A DNA stretch of 64,000 nt, taken from assembly GCA_036785375.1 (NCBI GenBank), contig JAWMAR010000013.1, positions 1,612,001 through 1,676,000 of the forward strand, written 5' to 3'. This document shows positions 1 to 11,539 of this stretch, in pieces. Each line of letters starts with the position of its first letter. Positions within the stretch are counted from its first letter, which is position 1. The translations under genes and the position numbers were made by a program. Under the pieces are notes generated by a model, which worked only from the letters and a program-made list of their open reading frames with translations, ran no database searches and was not told the DNA's origin. The stretch comes from Leucoraja ocellata. Taxonomy: Eukaryota.

Positions 1-870
1 TTGTAGGTAATGCTGGAACTCTAGTGCACTGGGCACAGGGACAGTCGTTAACTTAATAACTCTCATAGTGGATCAAGGTCTATAGTTAGCACTGTAACTA
101 TGTAATAAGGTCTCAGAGTCTGTAGTTAATGCAGTAGTTCTAGTACATCGGGCTCAGAGTCTGTCATTAATGAGGTAACTCTAGTACACTAGGCTTGGGA
201 GCTGTAGTTAATGTGGTCGCTGTTATCCTTGATGTGGGCTCTGGTATACTGGGCACAGGGACTATAACTCCAGTGCACTGGGCGCAGGGACAGTAGTTAG
301 CATAATAACTCATGCAGTGGGCAGGGGTCTATAGTTTATGCAGTAACTATGCTACAACGTCTCAGAATATGTAGTTAATGCAGCACTTCTAGTACATTTG
401 GCCCAGCGGCAGTTAGATAATGCTGCAAATCTGCTACACTTGTCTTAGAGATTCTAATTAATTCTTTAACACTGAGGTTAATTCTGTAACAGTTAAAGTG
501 ATATAAAGGACAGTATGAGTAATTATTGCAAGTATGGTGTTTGTACTAATCTGGCACATTGGGCAATGGGTAATATGATTATTCTGGTGCATTGGACTAT
601 GAGATAGTAATTAATTCAGTAATTTGATACATTGGAAAGGGGTCTGTAGTTAATTCAGTAACTGCCATGCTTTTATGCTTAGGAACTTACATGATTCTGT
701 AACTAGTATACTGGTATTATGAACAGTATTTAATGCAGTATCTCTGATATCCTGGCTTGTGGGATAGAAGTCGATGCGGTAACTCCAGTACACTAGCTTG
801 TTGAGCTGTTGTTAATGTTTCCAATTCTAGCTTAACGGCTGAAGTTAATGTAATAAATCTGATCCAACTC
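1..870. repeat. Degenerate ~41-bp minisatellite in an AMBP intron
   Basis: Recurring unit like ctgtagttaatgcagtaactctagtacactgggctcagagt (e.g. 120-160, 161-201, next unit from 202), decaying towards 870. Confidence 0.75.
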
Positions 871-899
871 CCTCAATTCCCCGGATATCCATACTCAAA

Positions 900-1180
900 A
901 CCCACTTAAATGTCACTATCGTATCTGCCTCCATCACCACCCCTGGCAGCGCGTTCCAGGCACCCACCACTCTCTATGTAAAAAAACATGCCCCACACAT
1001 CTCCTTTAAACCTTCCCCCTCGCAACTTAAAGCTATGGCCTCTAGTTTTTATCATTTCCACCCTGGGAAAAATGTGCTGATTGTCTACCCTATTTATGTC
1101 TGTCATCATTGTATATACAGGTACCACTATCTGGTCTTCCCTCAACTTCAGGTGCCCCAGAGAAAACAATCCAAATTTGG
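900..1180 (-). mobile_element. Old CR1 LINE 3' fragment
   Basis: Minus-strand ORF 906-1169 contains TRGHSFKLRGGRFKGDV, typical of the CR1 ORF2 C-terminus. Confidence 0.7.
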
Positions 1181-1994
1181 TTAGCTGCCAGTTAATAATG
1201 ACACAAAATCATGAAGAACTCCCATCAAGGTGAACTAGAAATAGGCTCACATGACAATGGTCACTCACTGGTGGACATAGGTTTTGTTGGAAGTGGAGGA
1301 AACGTTCATCTGGGTCATTGGACAAAAATATGGAGACAGGAAGCTCCATCTGGGTCAGCGTCTGATGGCTCTAACCTGCCGAATAAGGAGCAAGGACTGG
1401 GATGTGTGAGATCCCAAAAGAGTTCAAATTTTCCCTTGCAAGAATGCAGTAGCCTCCTTGTGGAGTATAAATTCCCATCATTCTATAACCAAGCACATTC
1501 TGCATGTGAAAGACAGGAAAATGTTACAGAGGGTTGAGTAACCTTAACCACAAGGAATGGTGGTACCAGAGGAGGCAGAGAAATGAGTCTGAATAAAACG
1601 GATAAATAGAAAAGGAGTTGGCTGTTGGTGGGAGTTGTGATTTTTTGCCCAATGGCAGCACAGAATTGATTGGGTTATATTGTAACTTACTGAAAAGGTG
1701 GATAGTGTGTTTCATCCTTTAGAAAGTGTTTTTATTTATTTCAGCCTACTGAGTGCGCTTGTCTGCCAAAGATCACAACTATAATACAAGAATGAGCCCC
1801 AGCTGGCTTGCATAACAACGATCAATACTTAATTTAATATTTATTTCTAAATCTCCCGAAGTGTGTTCAAAACTAGCACGAGGCTGGATTTATGATTTCC
1901 AGCAAAATGCAATGTTGGTCAATCATCCCAACGGTATACATGCAGTGAATTAATAGCAATTGAGTTTAATAATGCAGGGAAATGTCAAGCCGTT

Positions 1995-2160
1995 ACTAGA
2001 GTTAGATATGGCCCTTGTGGCTAAGGGGATCAGGGGGTATGGAGAGAAGGCAGGTACGGGATACTGAGTTGGATGATCAGCCATGATCATATTGAATGAC
2101 GGTGCAGGCTCGAAGGGCCGAATGGCCTACTCCCACACCTAATTTCTATGTTTCTATGTT
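1995..2160 (+). mobile_element. Young CR1 LINE 3' end
   Basis: Nearly identical to the ends of the copies at about 21185-21345 and 35115-35275; ends in a (ttctatgt)n tail. Confidence 0.85.
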
Positions 2161-2170
2161 TGATTCTCGA

Positions 2171-2266
2171 GATAGATACAAAGTGCTGGAGTAACTCCGC
2201 GGGTCAGGCAGCATCTTGTGAGAAAAAGGATAGGTGACGTTTCAGGGCGGGACCCTTCTTCACACG
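2171..2266 (-). mobile_element. Short Penelope-derived (pLTR-like) non-autonomous element
   Basis: gtgctggagtaactc..caggcagcatc..gtgacgtttc..acccttcttca family, flanked by ttgattctcga (2160-2170) and ttgattctaga (2267-2277), a probable TSD. Confidence 0.7.
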
Positions 2267-2559
2267 TTGATTCTAGATTTGGGGTTAGCTGAATTCCACC
2301 CAATCAAGTCATCAAATGAGTAATGTGATAGGAGTGAATGGTTGCAACATCAGCTTTCAAATCACTGGAGGGAGAGATCTAGTTGCCATTTAAAAATCCA
2401 TCCACGGTTTGAAGTAAGAAGCGATATAAAATTAAATGATAAACAACATAAAAAGGTGAAATCTCCGTTTACCTCAGGAACTTGCAGTGTTTATATTAGC
2501 TCATTCCAAGGATCAGTGTCTAATCAAATCAGCATGTTTTCTCCCTTCTTTCTGGGCAG

Positions 2560-2626
2560 GCTCGTATGAGGAGAACAGTCGAAGACACAGAAGGATCTGG
2601 TTTTGGGGCCATTCAGGCGAATGAAG
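2560..2626 (+). CDS. AMBP: AMBP exon: linker with furin-type site and bikunin N-terminus (ARMRRTVEDTEGSGFGAIQANE)
   Basis: Polypyrimidine tract + CAG acceptor, GTGGGT donor; RMRR and EGSG correspond to the RVRR and EGSG (chondroitin sulfate site) of mammalian AMBP; phase 1 end fits the next exon. Confidence 0.92.
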
Positions 2627-3419
2627 GTGGGTGCAGCACTGGGTTCAGCAAAGGGTGAACCACCGCACTAATTGCTGCAATCAGCAGGACTCGGAGGAGG
2701 AATGGGGTAAATCAGCAGTTAGAACATTAAATGCAAGGCAGCAAATGGCAGCTGCAGCACTGGGCGCACACAGTTCACAGTGCAGGGTATTGCTATGTCT
2801 CAGCAAATGGGCTGAGTGCCAGATCTGAACAGTATTTGCTGCAGAACTGGGAACAGAACTAGTGGCATTGCCACACTGGGATAGTGGAGGCTGGGACACT
2901 CACAACATTGGAGCTGTACAGTATGTAGACTGCTGAATCCTGGCTGTGCGAGCCAGATTTCAAACGCCCTCTGGGTAAAAATACCTCTGGTCACATCTTC
3001 CCACTGGCCTAAAAGTATTTCAAACAGTTTTTAGTAATTTTACATACTTGCTCCCTTTCATTAGACTTTTGGAACATTTCTAGGAAGTTACTTTTGTCTC
3101 CCACTGTGAAGACAAGCTGATGTAGCTTTGTTACATCTGAACCACGATAAAATTCACCCATTTCTGACTATAGGAAATCTCAATCATACCTCTCTTGAAC
3201 TACTCAGCTTCAAGGAGAGCATGCCCAGCTTCTGCTGTCTCATGTTGTATCTGAAGATCTTTATTTCTGCACCCATCCAGGGATCAAAGAGAGGGGAGAT
3301 CTGTCCCTGGGTGTTCCAGTATTGTGGGCTAAGATGACCTGCTTCCTGATTCTCTGAGATGTGGTTTGTATGTTTTGTATATTTGTTCATATTAACATTG
3401 ATTTCCCTTTTGTACCAAG

Positions 3420-3587
3420 AATCCTGCCAACTTGCGCCTGATTCTGGAGCTTGCTTCCAGAGCTTACGCATGTTCTTCTTCAACCAATCCTCGATGACCT
3501 GTGAAACATTTAAATATGGTGGCTGCCTCGGCAACATGAATAGGTTTGCCACTGAACAACAATGTTTGCAGACCTGCCGGACTGTAG
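3420..3587 (+). CDS. AMBP: AMBP exon: bikunin Kunitz domain 1 (ESCQLAPDSGACF...YGGCLGNMNRF...CLQTCRTV)
   Basis: Six-Cys Kunitz pattern; CLQTCRTV is identical to bikunin; AAG acceptor, GTGAGT donor, phase 1-1, 168 bp. Confidence 0.95.
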
Positions 3588-4410
3588 GTGAGTTACTGAG
3601 CACCAGCTAACCTTGGTAAACATCTCATGGTATTTGTGAATGCACATTCCCATGTCTATATAAGCAGAGTTAGTCAATAATTGACTCTCAAAGAAGATAC
3701 AAAGTGCTGGGGTAACTCATCAGGTCAGGCAGCATCTCTGCAGAACACGAAGAGGCAATGTTTTGAGTTGCTTCAGACCGATCCATGTTCTCCAGAGATG
3801 GCGCCCGACCTGCTGAGTTACTCCAGTATCGAATCATACAGTGTGCCGAACTTGCCCATGCCAACCAACATGCCCCACTTACACAAGTCTCGTCTGTCTG
3901 TGTTTGGCCCATATTCTTCTTAAACATATCCAAACCATGTACCTCTCTGTCCAAATGTCTTTTAAATGTTGTGATGGTACCTCCTTCAATGAGCAGCTCA
4001 TTCCATATACCCACAAGTTGCCCTAGTGTTTCTAATTAATCTTTCCCCCTTACTTAAAACCCACGTCCTCTGCTTCTTCATTCTCCTACTCTGCGTTAAA
4101 GACTGTGTATTTACTGTATCTATACACTCATGATCTTATACACCTCTAAAAGGTCATCCCTCAACCTCCTGTACTCCAAGGAATAGTTTCCCCACCACCA
4201 ACAAAAACTGCCACGTGGTCTCAATAATGGAGAGTGCATTTGGCTGCGTTGAATCATCTTGAATGACAGAACTGTTTAGGACCAGTTAATAATGGTGTTA
4301 CAATCTATCAGAATGGCATCGGTGTTACAGGGTTTACTCCCAGAGTTTGAACCAGTTTAACCTCTGTCATTAATGCTGCTTCTTATCCCTCTTCTCTCTT
4401 TCTGTCACAG

Positions 4411-4584
4411 CTGCCTGCAGATTGCCCGTAGAAATTGGCTCTTGCAGAATGAGCATCAAACTCTGGGCGTTTGATTCTGTTAATGGCAAATGCATCACCT
4501 TCAAATACAGTGGGTGTGAAGGAAACGGAAACAGATTCTACATGGAGAAGGAGTGTATGGAGTATTGTGACCCAATTCCAGAAG
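4411..4584 (+). CDS. AMBP: AMBP exon: bikunin Kunitz domain 2 ([58 protein letters not shown])
   Basis: Six-Cys Kunitz pattern with bikunin-like AAC.LP and LWAFD motifs; strong pyrimidine tract + CAG, GT donor, phase 1-1; absent from the ORF track. Confidence 0.95.
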
Positions 4585-5857
4585 GTACAGATTGTTCCTG
4601 AGCCTCTTGTTCCCACGAACTCTGGCTGTTAATAACTCTTAGCTGATTCATCTCATTGCTTTAGCTCCATGGGTTTAGACGTGCTCAAACAAGATCACAC
4701 GCCACAGGCATGCCTGTTTTATTTTCAGCAGTTTACTCAGTTATACAGCACGGATACAGGCCCTACAGCCCAACCTGTCCAGGCCAATCAAGATGCCTAT
4801 CTAATCTAAATACATTTGCTTGCAATTGTCCAATATCCCTTGAAAGGTTTTCCAGCCACGCATGTCCAAATGTCTTTTGAACTGTAATTGTACGCAGCAC
4901 TAACATCTGTGTACATCCACTACCCTGTGTGAAAAGCGTGCCCTTCAAATACCTTTAAACTTTTTCCCTCTACCTTCAACCCAAACTCTCTATCAATGCC
5001 CATCACTTTGCCTTCGTCATTCCTTTTGATCATCTCCTTAAAATAAAAGACATCATTTTTCATGAGACGTGATTTCCCACGCAGAAAGTTGTGCTTAACT
5101 ATCCCTAATCAATCCTTGCCTTTCCAAATCCAAATAAATCCTGTCTTCTCAGAATCTCCTCCAGTAACATTCACACCGCAGATGTTTGGCTCGCCGACCT
5201 ATAGTTCCCTGCTTTGTCCTTGCAGCCTTTTTTAACTAATGGCACAACATTAGCTGACCCCCAGTCTTCCAGTACCTCACCCCTGGCTGACAAAGATGCA
5301 AAGATCTTCTCCCTTGTTTGTTTCCCACAACGTCCTAAGATATCTTTGGTCATGCCCTGAGTATTTAGCTATCTTTATGTACTTCCATTACGAAACCGCC
5401 AACACCGCCTCTTTCCTAATTGAATATGTTATTGGGTATCCCTTGAACTCACTAGCGTACATGTCCTTCACCATGGGAGATACAGACGAGGCTCCACACA
5501 GATTACTGCACTAATTCTTAATGGGACATACTTTCCCCAAGTTACTCTTTTGTCCTTAACATTCTTTTAGTTCCAAATACTCTTTTGTTCTTCATCTGCC
5601 AGGGATATTTCACAGCCCCTTTTTTTCTCTCCTTAAGTTGAAAGAGGTTGAAGTTTGGAGTGGGCCCACACGTTTGAGGGAAGAAATAGAAGTGGATATC
5701 CTTCATGGGGTATGTGGCGGAGGTCAGGCGGTATCATTAGAGGTACTGAAAGGAACTCGGAAGGATGCACCAAATCCAAGAGGATCCTCCAAGGAGCCAC
5801 ACTATTGTCTCCAAACTGTGATGAGCCCAAAGGTAAACATTTCTTTCTCTTTTCCAG

Positions 5858-5886
5858 GGGAGGAAGAGCTTCTGACTGTTCAATAG
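5858..5886 (+). CDS. AMBP: AMBP terminal coding exon (GEEELLTVQ*)
   Basis: tttctttctcttttccag acceptor, phase 1; resembles the mammalian GDEELL end; TAG at 5884-5886. Confidence 0.88.
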
Positions 5887-6051
5887 AAATCCTGTTCAAG
5901 AACAACACCAGAAGTAATCATTAGAAACGATAATTTGAAGCCGTGGCTCACACCAAGAACATGTATCTGATGCTAAAGTCAACTGGTAGAGACAGCAAGG
6001 TTGCTTGTGCTCGCTTTCAACAGAGTGACCATGTTCTTTCACAAAGTCATC

Positions 6052-6063
6052 AATAAAAATAAA
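6052..6063 (+). terminator. AMBP: AMBP polyadenylation signal (tandem AATAAA AATAAA)
   Basis: Two adjacent AATAAA hexamers about 165 nt after the stop codon, followed by GT/T-rich sequence. Confidence 0.75.
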
Positions 6064-6149
6064 ACAATCAAATGAATTTGTTGCCTTTCTCCTGAATGTG
6101 ATCGTTAAATATGTACAATTAGTTCCACACAAGGAACTCCCAGGGTCTT

Positions 6150-8930
6150 TCCTTGAATGTAGTTTTTTTTGTACTGTGTACTGTTAGTTGGGAGAATGTG
6201 GTAGTTTGAAGGCAGTGTGTAGAGTTGGGTGTAAGCACCAGGATACTTTCTGTATTATTTATGGGATGCTGAGGGTGGTTTGTTGCATTAACAATGTATG
6301 GATTTAAAGATAGGTTTTGCATTCTTTGTAGAGGAGGGTGTGTTATATTGTAAGGAAATGTACTGTATATGTAATTTGCAAGACTGCATGTGTAGATCGT
6401 AATAAAAAACTCAGCAGGTGAGACAGCATCTGTGGAGGCAAAAGGTTAATCACTGTTTTAGGTTGACAGCCCGCCTCTGTCCTGAATTACTCCACTGAGT
6501 TCCTCCAGCAGTTTTTTGTTCCAGATTACAGCATCTGCAGTCTGTGTCTCCTGGGTAGATTGCAGGATGTATGCATCTGTTCAGGTTTGTGATGTTGGGT
6601 GTGAGCTATTTAAAAGGTGGGTTTGCAGGGAGAGACGTTATTCATTTGGAAGATAACATATGGAATTAATGGAGTGGAATGTGTGTGGTCTGAAGGATGT
6701 GCACGTGTGGTCTGTCCTGTCAGAGTGTTACGTTTGTTGGCTGAGTGCAAGTAGCTTGTATGTAAGGTATGTAATGGAGGTAAATTGAAGGTTGGGCATG
6801 TATAGTTTATACATGTAATGCCACGTTTGATGTGGGTTGTTTGATATATCCTCTGAATATTCTAAGCAGGAGTGTGTGCAAATTGGAAGGCATTTATTTG
6901 CTGTATGTATGGTAGGTTTGTGTAAATTGTAGGGTAACGTGTTCCTAGTTTGAAGGCAGTAACGTGTATAGTTTTAGGGTAGACACAAAATGCTGGCGTA
7001 ACTCAGCGGGACAGGCAGCATCTCTGGTGGTGTGTTTGCACGATGTAGGATGGGTGTGTGTACTTTGAAGGAAAGAACACGGTGAATTTTAAGGAGTGTG
7101 ACATTTGTCGTTGTCGTGAGAGATTTGACAGTTTGTGTACTTTCCGGGGGGTGAGGGTAATTGGCTGGGGATGTGCTGTGTATAGTTTGCAAGGGGCAGT
7201 TGGGCAGCTTGTGGTGCTGAGATATGATATTTGCAGGGATGAAGTCTAACCTGTAGAATTTTATGTGTTTTTTTTGTGGGCTGGAATTTTTATGGTTTGT
7301 AAGGTTTATGGGATTTTTCAGATGTGTGTGTAATTTTCAGGGAATGGTACCTGTATTTGAAAGATAGGTTTTGTAGTTGTTGGGGTAAAGGTTCAAAGGT
7401 CAGTTTATTGTCACATGTACCAATTAAGGTACAGTGAAAATCGAATTACCATACAGCCATGCTAAAAAAAAGCAACAAAACACACAAAGGTTGACATAAA
7501 CATCCACCACAGTGGATTCCCACATTCATTACTGTGATGGAAGGCAATAAAGTCTAATATTCTTCCTCTTTATTCTGCCGCGGTCACGGGAGTCGAATGC
7601 AGTCGGGGCGATCGAAGCTCCCGCAGCCGGCGATCGAAACTCCCACGTCAGGGCGATCAAAGTTCCCGCATCGGAGCGGTCAAAGTTCCTGCGGCTTTGA
7701 GCTCCTGAAGTCGGTCTCGAACCAGAGACCGCGAGCTCCACGATATTGAAGTCCGCGGCTCCCGCGGTTGCAGATCCAAAGTCGATCCCCAACAGGGATC
7801 GTGAGCTCCACAATGGTAAGTCATGCAGGCTCCTGCGGTTGGAGCTCCCAAAGTTGGTCTCCACCAAAGGTCGCCAACTCCTCGATGTTAGGTCGCAGTG
7901 CAGAGACATACGACACAGGAAAAAATTGCATCTCCGTCGAGGTAAGAGATTAAAAAAAGTTTACCCTACACCCACCCCCCCACAAAACAAGTTAAAGGAC
8001 ACTAAAATATACATTTAACACATACTTAAAAAACAACAAAGAAGGAAGGGACAGACTGTTGGTGATGCAGCCATTGCTGAAGTTGCACCATTGGGTTTAA
8101 TCGTGTGGAAGGTTGGCTACTGTGTGATTTGCTACCTTGAGAGTGTAGTTTGTGGGTTGGATGTGCTTAGTTTATGGGGTGGGATGTGTATGGTTTGCAC
8201 AATGAGTTAAAAGGTTTGTATAATATTTATGTAGAGATTGTAAAGAAAGATGTGTATAGATTACTGAATGGTCTGTGTGTAGTTAGTGGAGTGTGACTGT
8301 AGTTTGTAGGATCTTGTTTGCAACATCGGGTTGATCGGCGGTGTTGTGCAGTTTGTGGAGTGTCATATGAAGGTAAATGGGACATTGTGTTTAGTTTCTT
8401 AGTTTGGGGAGGTGTACATCACAGGATAGGATTGCCAGGTGGTGTGTGAGTAGATTGTAGGATGAATTGTGTGGTATGTTGTTTTGTGTCCCTGTAGGGT
8501 GCACATTGTATGTGACTTATGGATGATTATGTTGTTTGTGCATGATCGGTTGTGCGTGGGATGCATGCAGCTTGTAGAATGGAATGTGCAATTGTAGGAG
8601 AGGGTGTATTGATTGTGGCCAGGGTTGGTGTCGTTTGGATGGTGCGTAATGTGCGCTGTGTGCAATGTCTAGGGAGAGTTGTGCAGTTTGCAAGATGTAT
8701 GTGTTTTGTTGTGTGAGCTCTGTATGGCTTGTAGAACATGCTCATGTAGTTTGTAGGGTGGGGGCGTGTGGTGGATTGGGTTGGGACATACAGTTGGCGA
8801 GCTGGGACATGCTTAACCTGTAATGTGTGCATAGTTTGCAGGCTGGGATATGTGTAGTTTGTGGAGTAGATTTTGGTGCATAGGTGGGAGTGGAGGGATT
8901 GGGTTGTGTTCAGTGTATGGGGGTGATTGA
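6150..8930. repeat. GT-rich degenerate simple/tandem repeat tract, interrupted by inserted elements
   Basis: Repeated gtgtgtagtttg(c/t)agg-like words with strong G+T strand skew. Confidence 0.65.
7388..8090 (-). mobile_element. CpG-rich non-autonomous retroelement with a Rex1-like 3' tail
   Basis: Minus strand ends gtacatgtgacaataaactgacctttgaacc; CpG-rich interior with gcgatcgaa(g/a)ctccc repeats; sharp compositional boundaries against the GT-rich tract. Confidence 0.55.
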
Positions 8931-8934
8931 GTCT

Positions 8935-9700
8935 TAGAGTTACACAGCATGGAAACAAACCCTTTGGCCCAACTCATCCATGCCAACTAAGTTGTTTGTG
9001 AGATAGTCCCAGAAGTCTGTGTTTGGTATATATTCCTCTAAACCATTCCCACATAAACCTGTCCAAATGTGTTTTATACATTATAATTGTGTCTGTCTCT
9101 ACCACTTTCTCTACTAGCTCATTCACAATTCCGCCACCACTGTTTGTGCAAAAAAGTTGTCCTACATGTCCCTTTTAAATCTTTCGCCTTCGCCTTAAAT
9201 CTATGCCCTCTAAATTTAGGTTTATTCTATGTTGGGTTTAAGACTGTAATCATCCACCCTATGGTTATCAGATATCTGAGATGCAAAGGGACTTAGGAGT
9301 GCTGGTCGATAGTAAGTAAGGAAAACGCAATGTTACCATTCATTTCAAGAGTATTTGAATATAAAAACAAGGATGTAATGCTGAAGCTTTAGTGATGGTC
9401 AGGCCACATTTGTAATATTGTTTGCAGTTTTGAGCCCCATATCTGAGGAAGGTTGTGCTGGCATTGGAGAAAATCCTGAGAAGATTTACAAGAATGATCC
9501 CAGGGATGATTGTGTTAAAGTATGAAGACTCTGGGCCTGTATTCGCTGGGGTTTAGTAGCATGAGGGGAGATCTCCTTGAAACCAGCCGAATAATGCGAG
9601 GCCCAAGATTGAGTGGGTGTGGAGAGGATGTTTTCAGCAGTAGGCGAATACATGACTAGAGGGCACAGCCCCAGAATAAAAGGAAGCATTTTTAGAATGG
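8935..9700. mobile_element. Old CR1 fragments (minus, then plus)
   Basis: CR1 3'-end words on the minus strand (8935-9260) and ORF2-like aggccacatttg/ctgaggaagg words on the plus strand (9270-9700). Confidence 0.6.
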
Positions 9701-9749
9701 TTTAACAACATGCAGCACCTTCTCAACTCCAGAATCTCCAGCGACCTTG

Positions 9750-10140
9750 CCCTTCTCAACATGGCGGCTGGCACTAGTGAAAGAAGGTCTGAGACGCTCT
9801 GAACCGGATCTGAGGTGCGAGGTTTACACCCGGAAGTGATTGTGTGGTTGACAACCTGTGGATAACAAGGGCAGCGGCTCGGCGAGAGGGGGGTGGTCGG
9901 TGCCGGTGAAGGGCGCTCACCGCATGGAAACAAGGTGGGAGAGGAGGCTGGACGCTTGTGATCAGAAGCCGCGGCGATGTGTCTGTGTGTGTGGAGGTCA
10001 GCGGTGGTATCACCGCTTCGCCCGGGGTTGGAGGCTCCCCACGCCGGAGCCGAGTAGCCCCGGCAACCGGCGCTTCCACTCCCCTGCCTGTCCCCCTGTC
10101 AACTCCAGCCAAGCATCCCTGCCCGGCCCCAGGCAACGGA
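9750..10140 (+). promoter_or_regulatory. EXD3: CpG-rich promoter and probable first exon of EXD3
   Basis: Non-repetitive GC/CpG-rich island; YY1-like CAACATGGCGGC (9757-9768), ETS/GABP CCGGAAGTG (9830-9838), candidate donor AAG|GTGGGA after 9934. Confidence 0.65.
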
Positions 10141-10408
10141 TTTAAATGTATCTTACATGTATTTTAAATCTTCCCTTTGTCCGACTTCCTCTTTGCTCGA
10201 ATTAACCGTTTTGTGTCTTTGCTGTTAGAAATATATTTGCGATTAGAAATACAATAAGAAATTCTCAACCATTCTCCGCGGTGGTTGCATTCATTGGTTT
10301 TGTACTATGATTGATCCGCCCATGACGAGACCATTAATAAATACTTTAAAACTAGCATATCCCTGATACTGGTGAACTTCCTATTTGCCAAGCAACTAAT
10401 CTGCAATA

Positions 10409-10979
10409 GGGTGATTTCACCAAATGTCAAATGAGCGTAGATCCCCCCTCACGTGACCGAAAAATTTAACTGGAGGACATATGTCACTTCGGTACATGTT
10501 AGTGAATGGGGAAACACGCACTTTCACACCCGTTAAAAACATGGAAAACGGCCAATTTTTGTGCTGAAATTTTCTGCGTTTGCTCGCTGAATTTCATCAA
10601 AAGTAAGTTAACAATGCCTTACTTTTGATGAAATTCAGCGAGCAAACGCGATAATTCCCGATATTTTGGACCTTTAAATCTCCACGGCAAATGTCTGCTG
10701 TTCACTTCTGCTGTTTTTCCACCTTCAGTTCCCTCTTGTAATTACCTTACTTTCTATCTTTTTTTTTGCCTGAAAATTTAGGTCATGTGCTTCACGGTCA
10801 CCCCGACTAGCACAGAAATTTCAGCTCAAAAATCGTCCGTTTTCCATGTTTCTAACGGGTGTGAAAGTGCGTGTTTCCCCATTCACTAACATGTACCGAA
10901 GTGACATATGTCCTCCAGTTAAATTTTTCGGTTACGTGAGGGGGGATCTACGCTCATTTGACATTTGGTGAAATCACCC
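10409..10979. mobile_element. MITE with ~170-bp terminal inverted repeats and TA flanks
   Basis: GGGTGATTTCACCAAATGTCAAATGAGCGTAGATCCCCCC at the left end and its reverse complement at the right end; TA at 10407-10408 and 10980-10981; no coding capacity. Confidence 0.9.
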
Positions 10980-11539
10980 TATACCATTCCGTCTGTACCT
11001 TGGCCAGTGTCATCTCCCTATTGCCGCTATACCTTTAGCCTTAAGGGGTTTGATTTTGTTGATGTATAATGATTGATGATGTTGATTCTTAAAGTTATTT
11101 GCACGTCAACAACGCTACTCACATCAAACTCCATTATCTCATGAAAGAGCCAAATCACGATTGTCAGATGTTGTTTTAATACATCCACGTTATTAGTCTA
11201 ACTTCTTCCAAGTGACCATTATTTTTTTCATATCGTCTTGGATTGTAGTGTTAGACAGATTCATCTTTAGTTTCTGGGTTCACATTTTTTTTGCGTCATC
11301 TCCTCTCACCAACTAGACCGACAATAGGTTAAGTGGGTATAACTCTGGAAACAATCCAAGGTGGGACCACTATAAAAACCACTAAGTCCTGGAAATGTTT
11401 GGGGCGCACAGCATCGGTGGAGAGAGAAACATATTTAACATTTCTACCTTCAGATGTAGAAAATTTAAAGTTGAGAAGAAAGAGTGGAGGAACAGAGCTA
11501 AATGAAAGGAAGGCCTTTGATAGGATAAAGGCAAGGCTG

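Noticed and set aside
1745-1800. Candidate upstream AMBP lipocalin exon after tttatttcag
   Set aside because: Immediate stop in the expected phase and no convincing donor; the lipocalin exons probably lie before the window
3359-3610. Stand-alone secreted single-Kunitz toxin-like ORF with signal peptide
   Set aside because: The hydrophobic N-terminus is the translated polypyrimidine tract; splice sites and neighbouring exons show it is an AMBP exon
8399-8958. His/Thr-rich minus-strand ORFs
   Set aside because: Translation artefacts of the GT-rich repeat tract
9634-10167. Overlapping ORFs in the CpG island
   Set aside because: Stop-poor GC-rich promoter sequence with no recognisable protein motif
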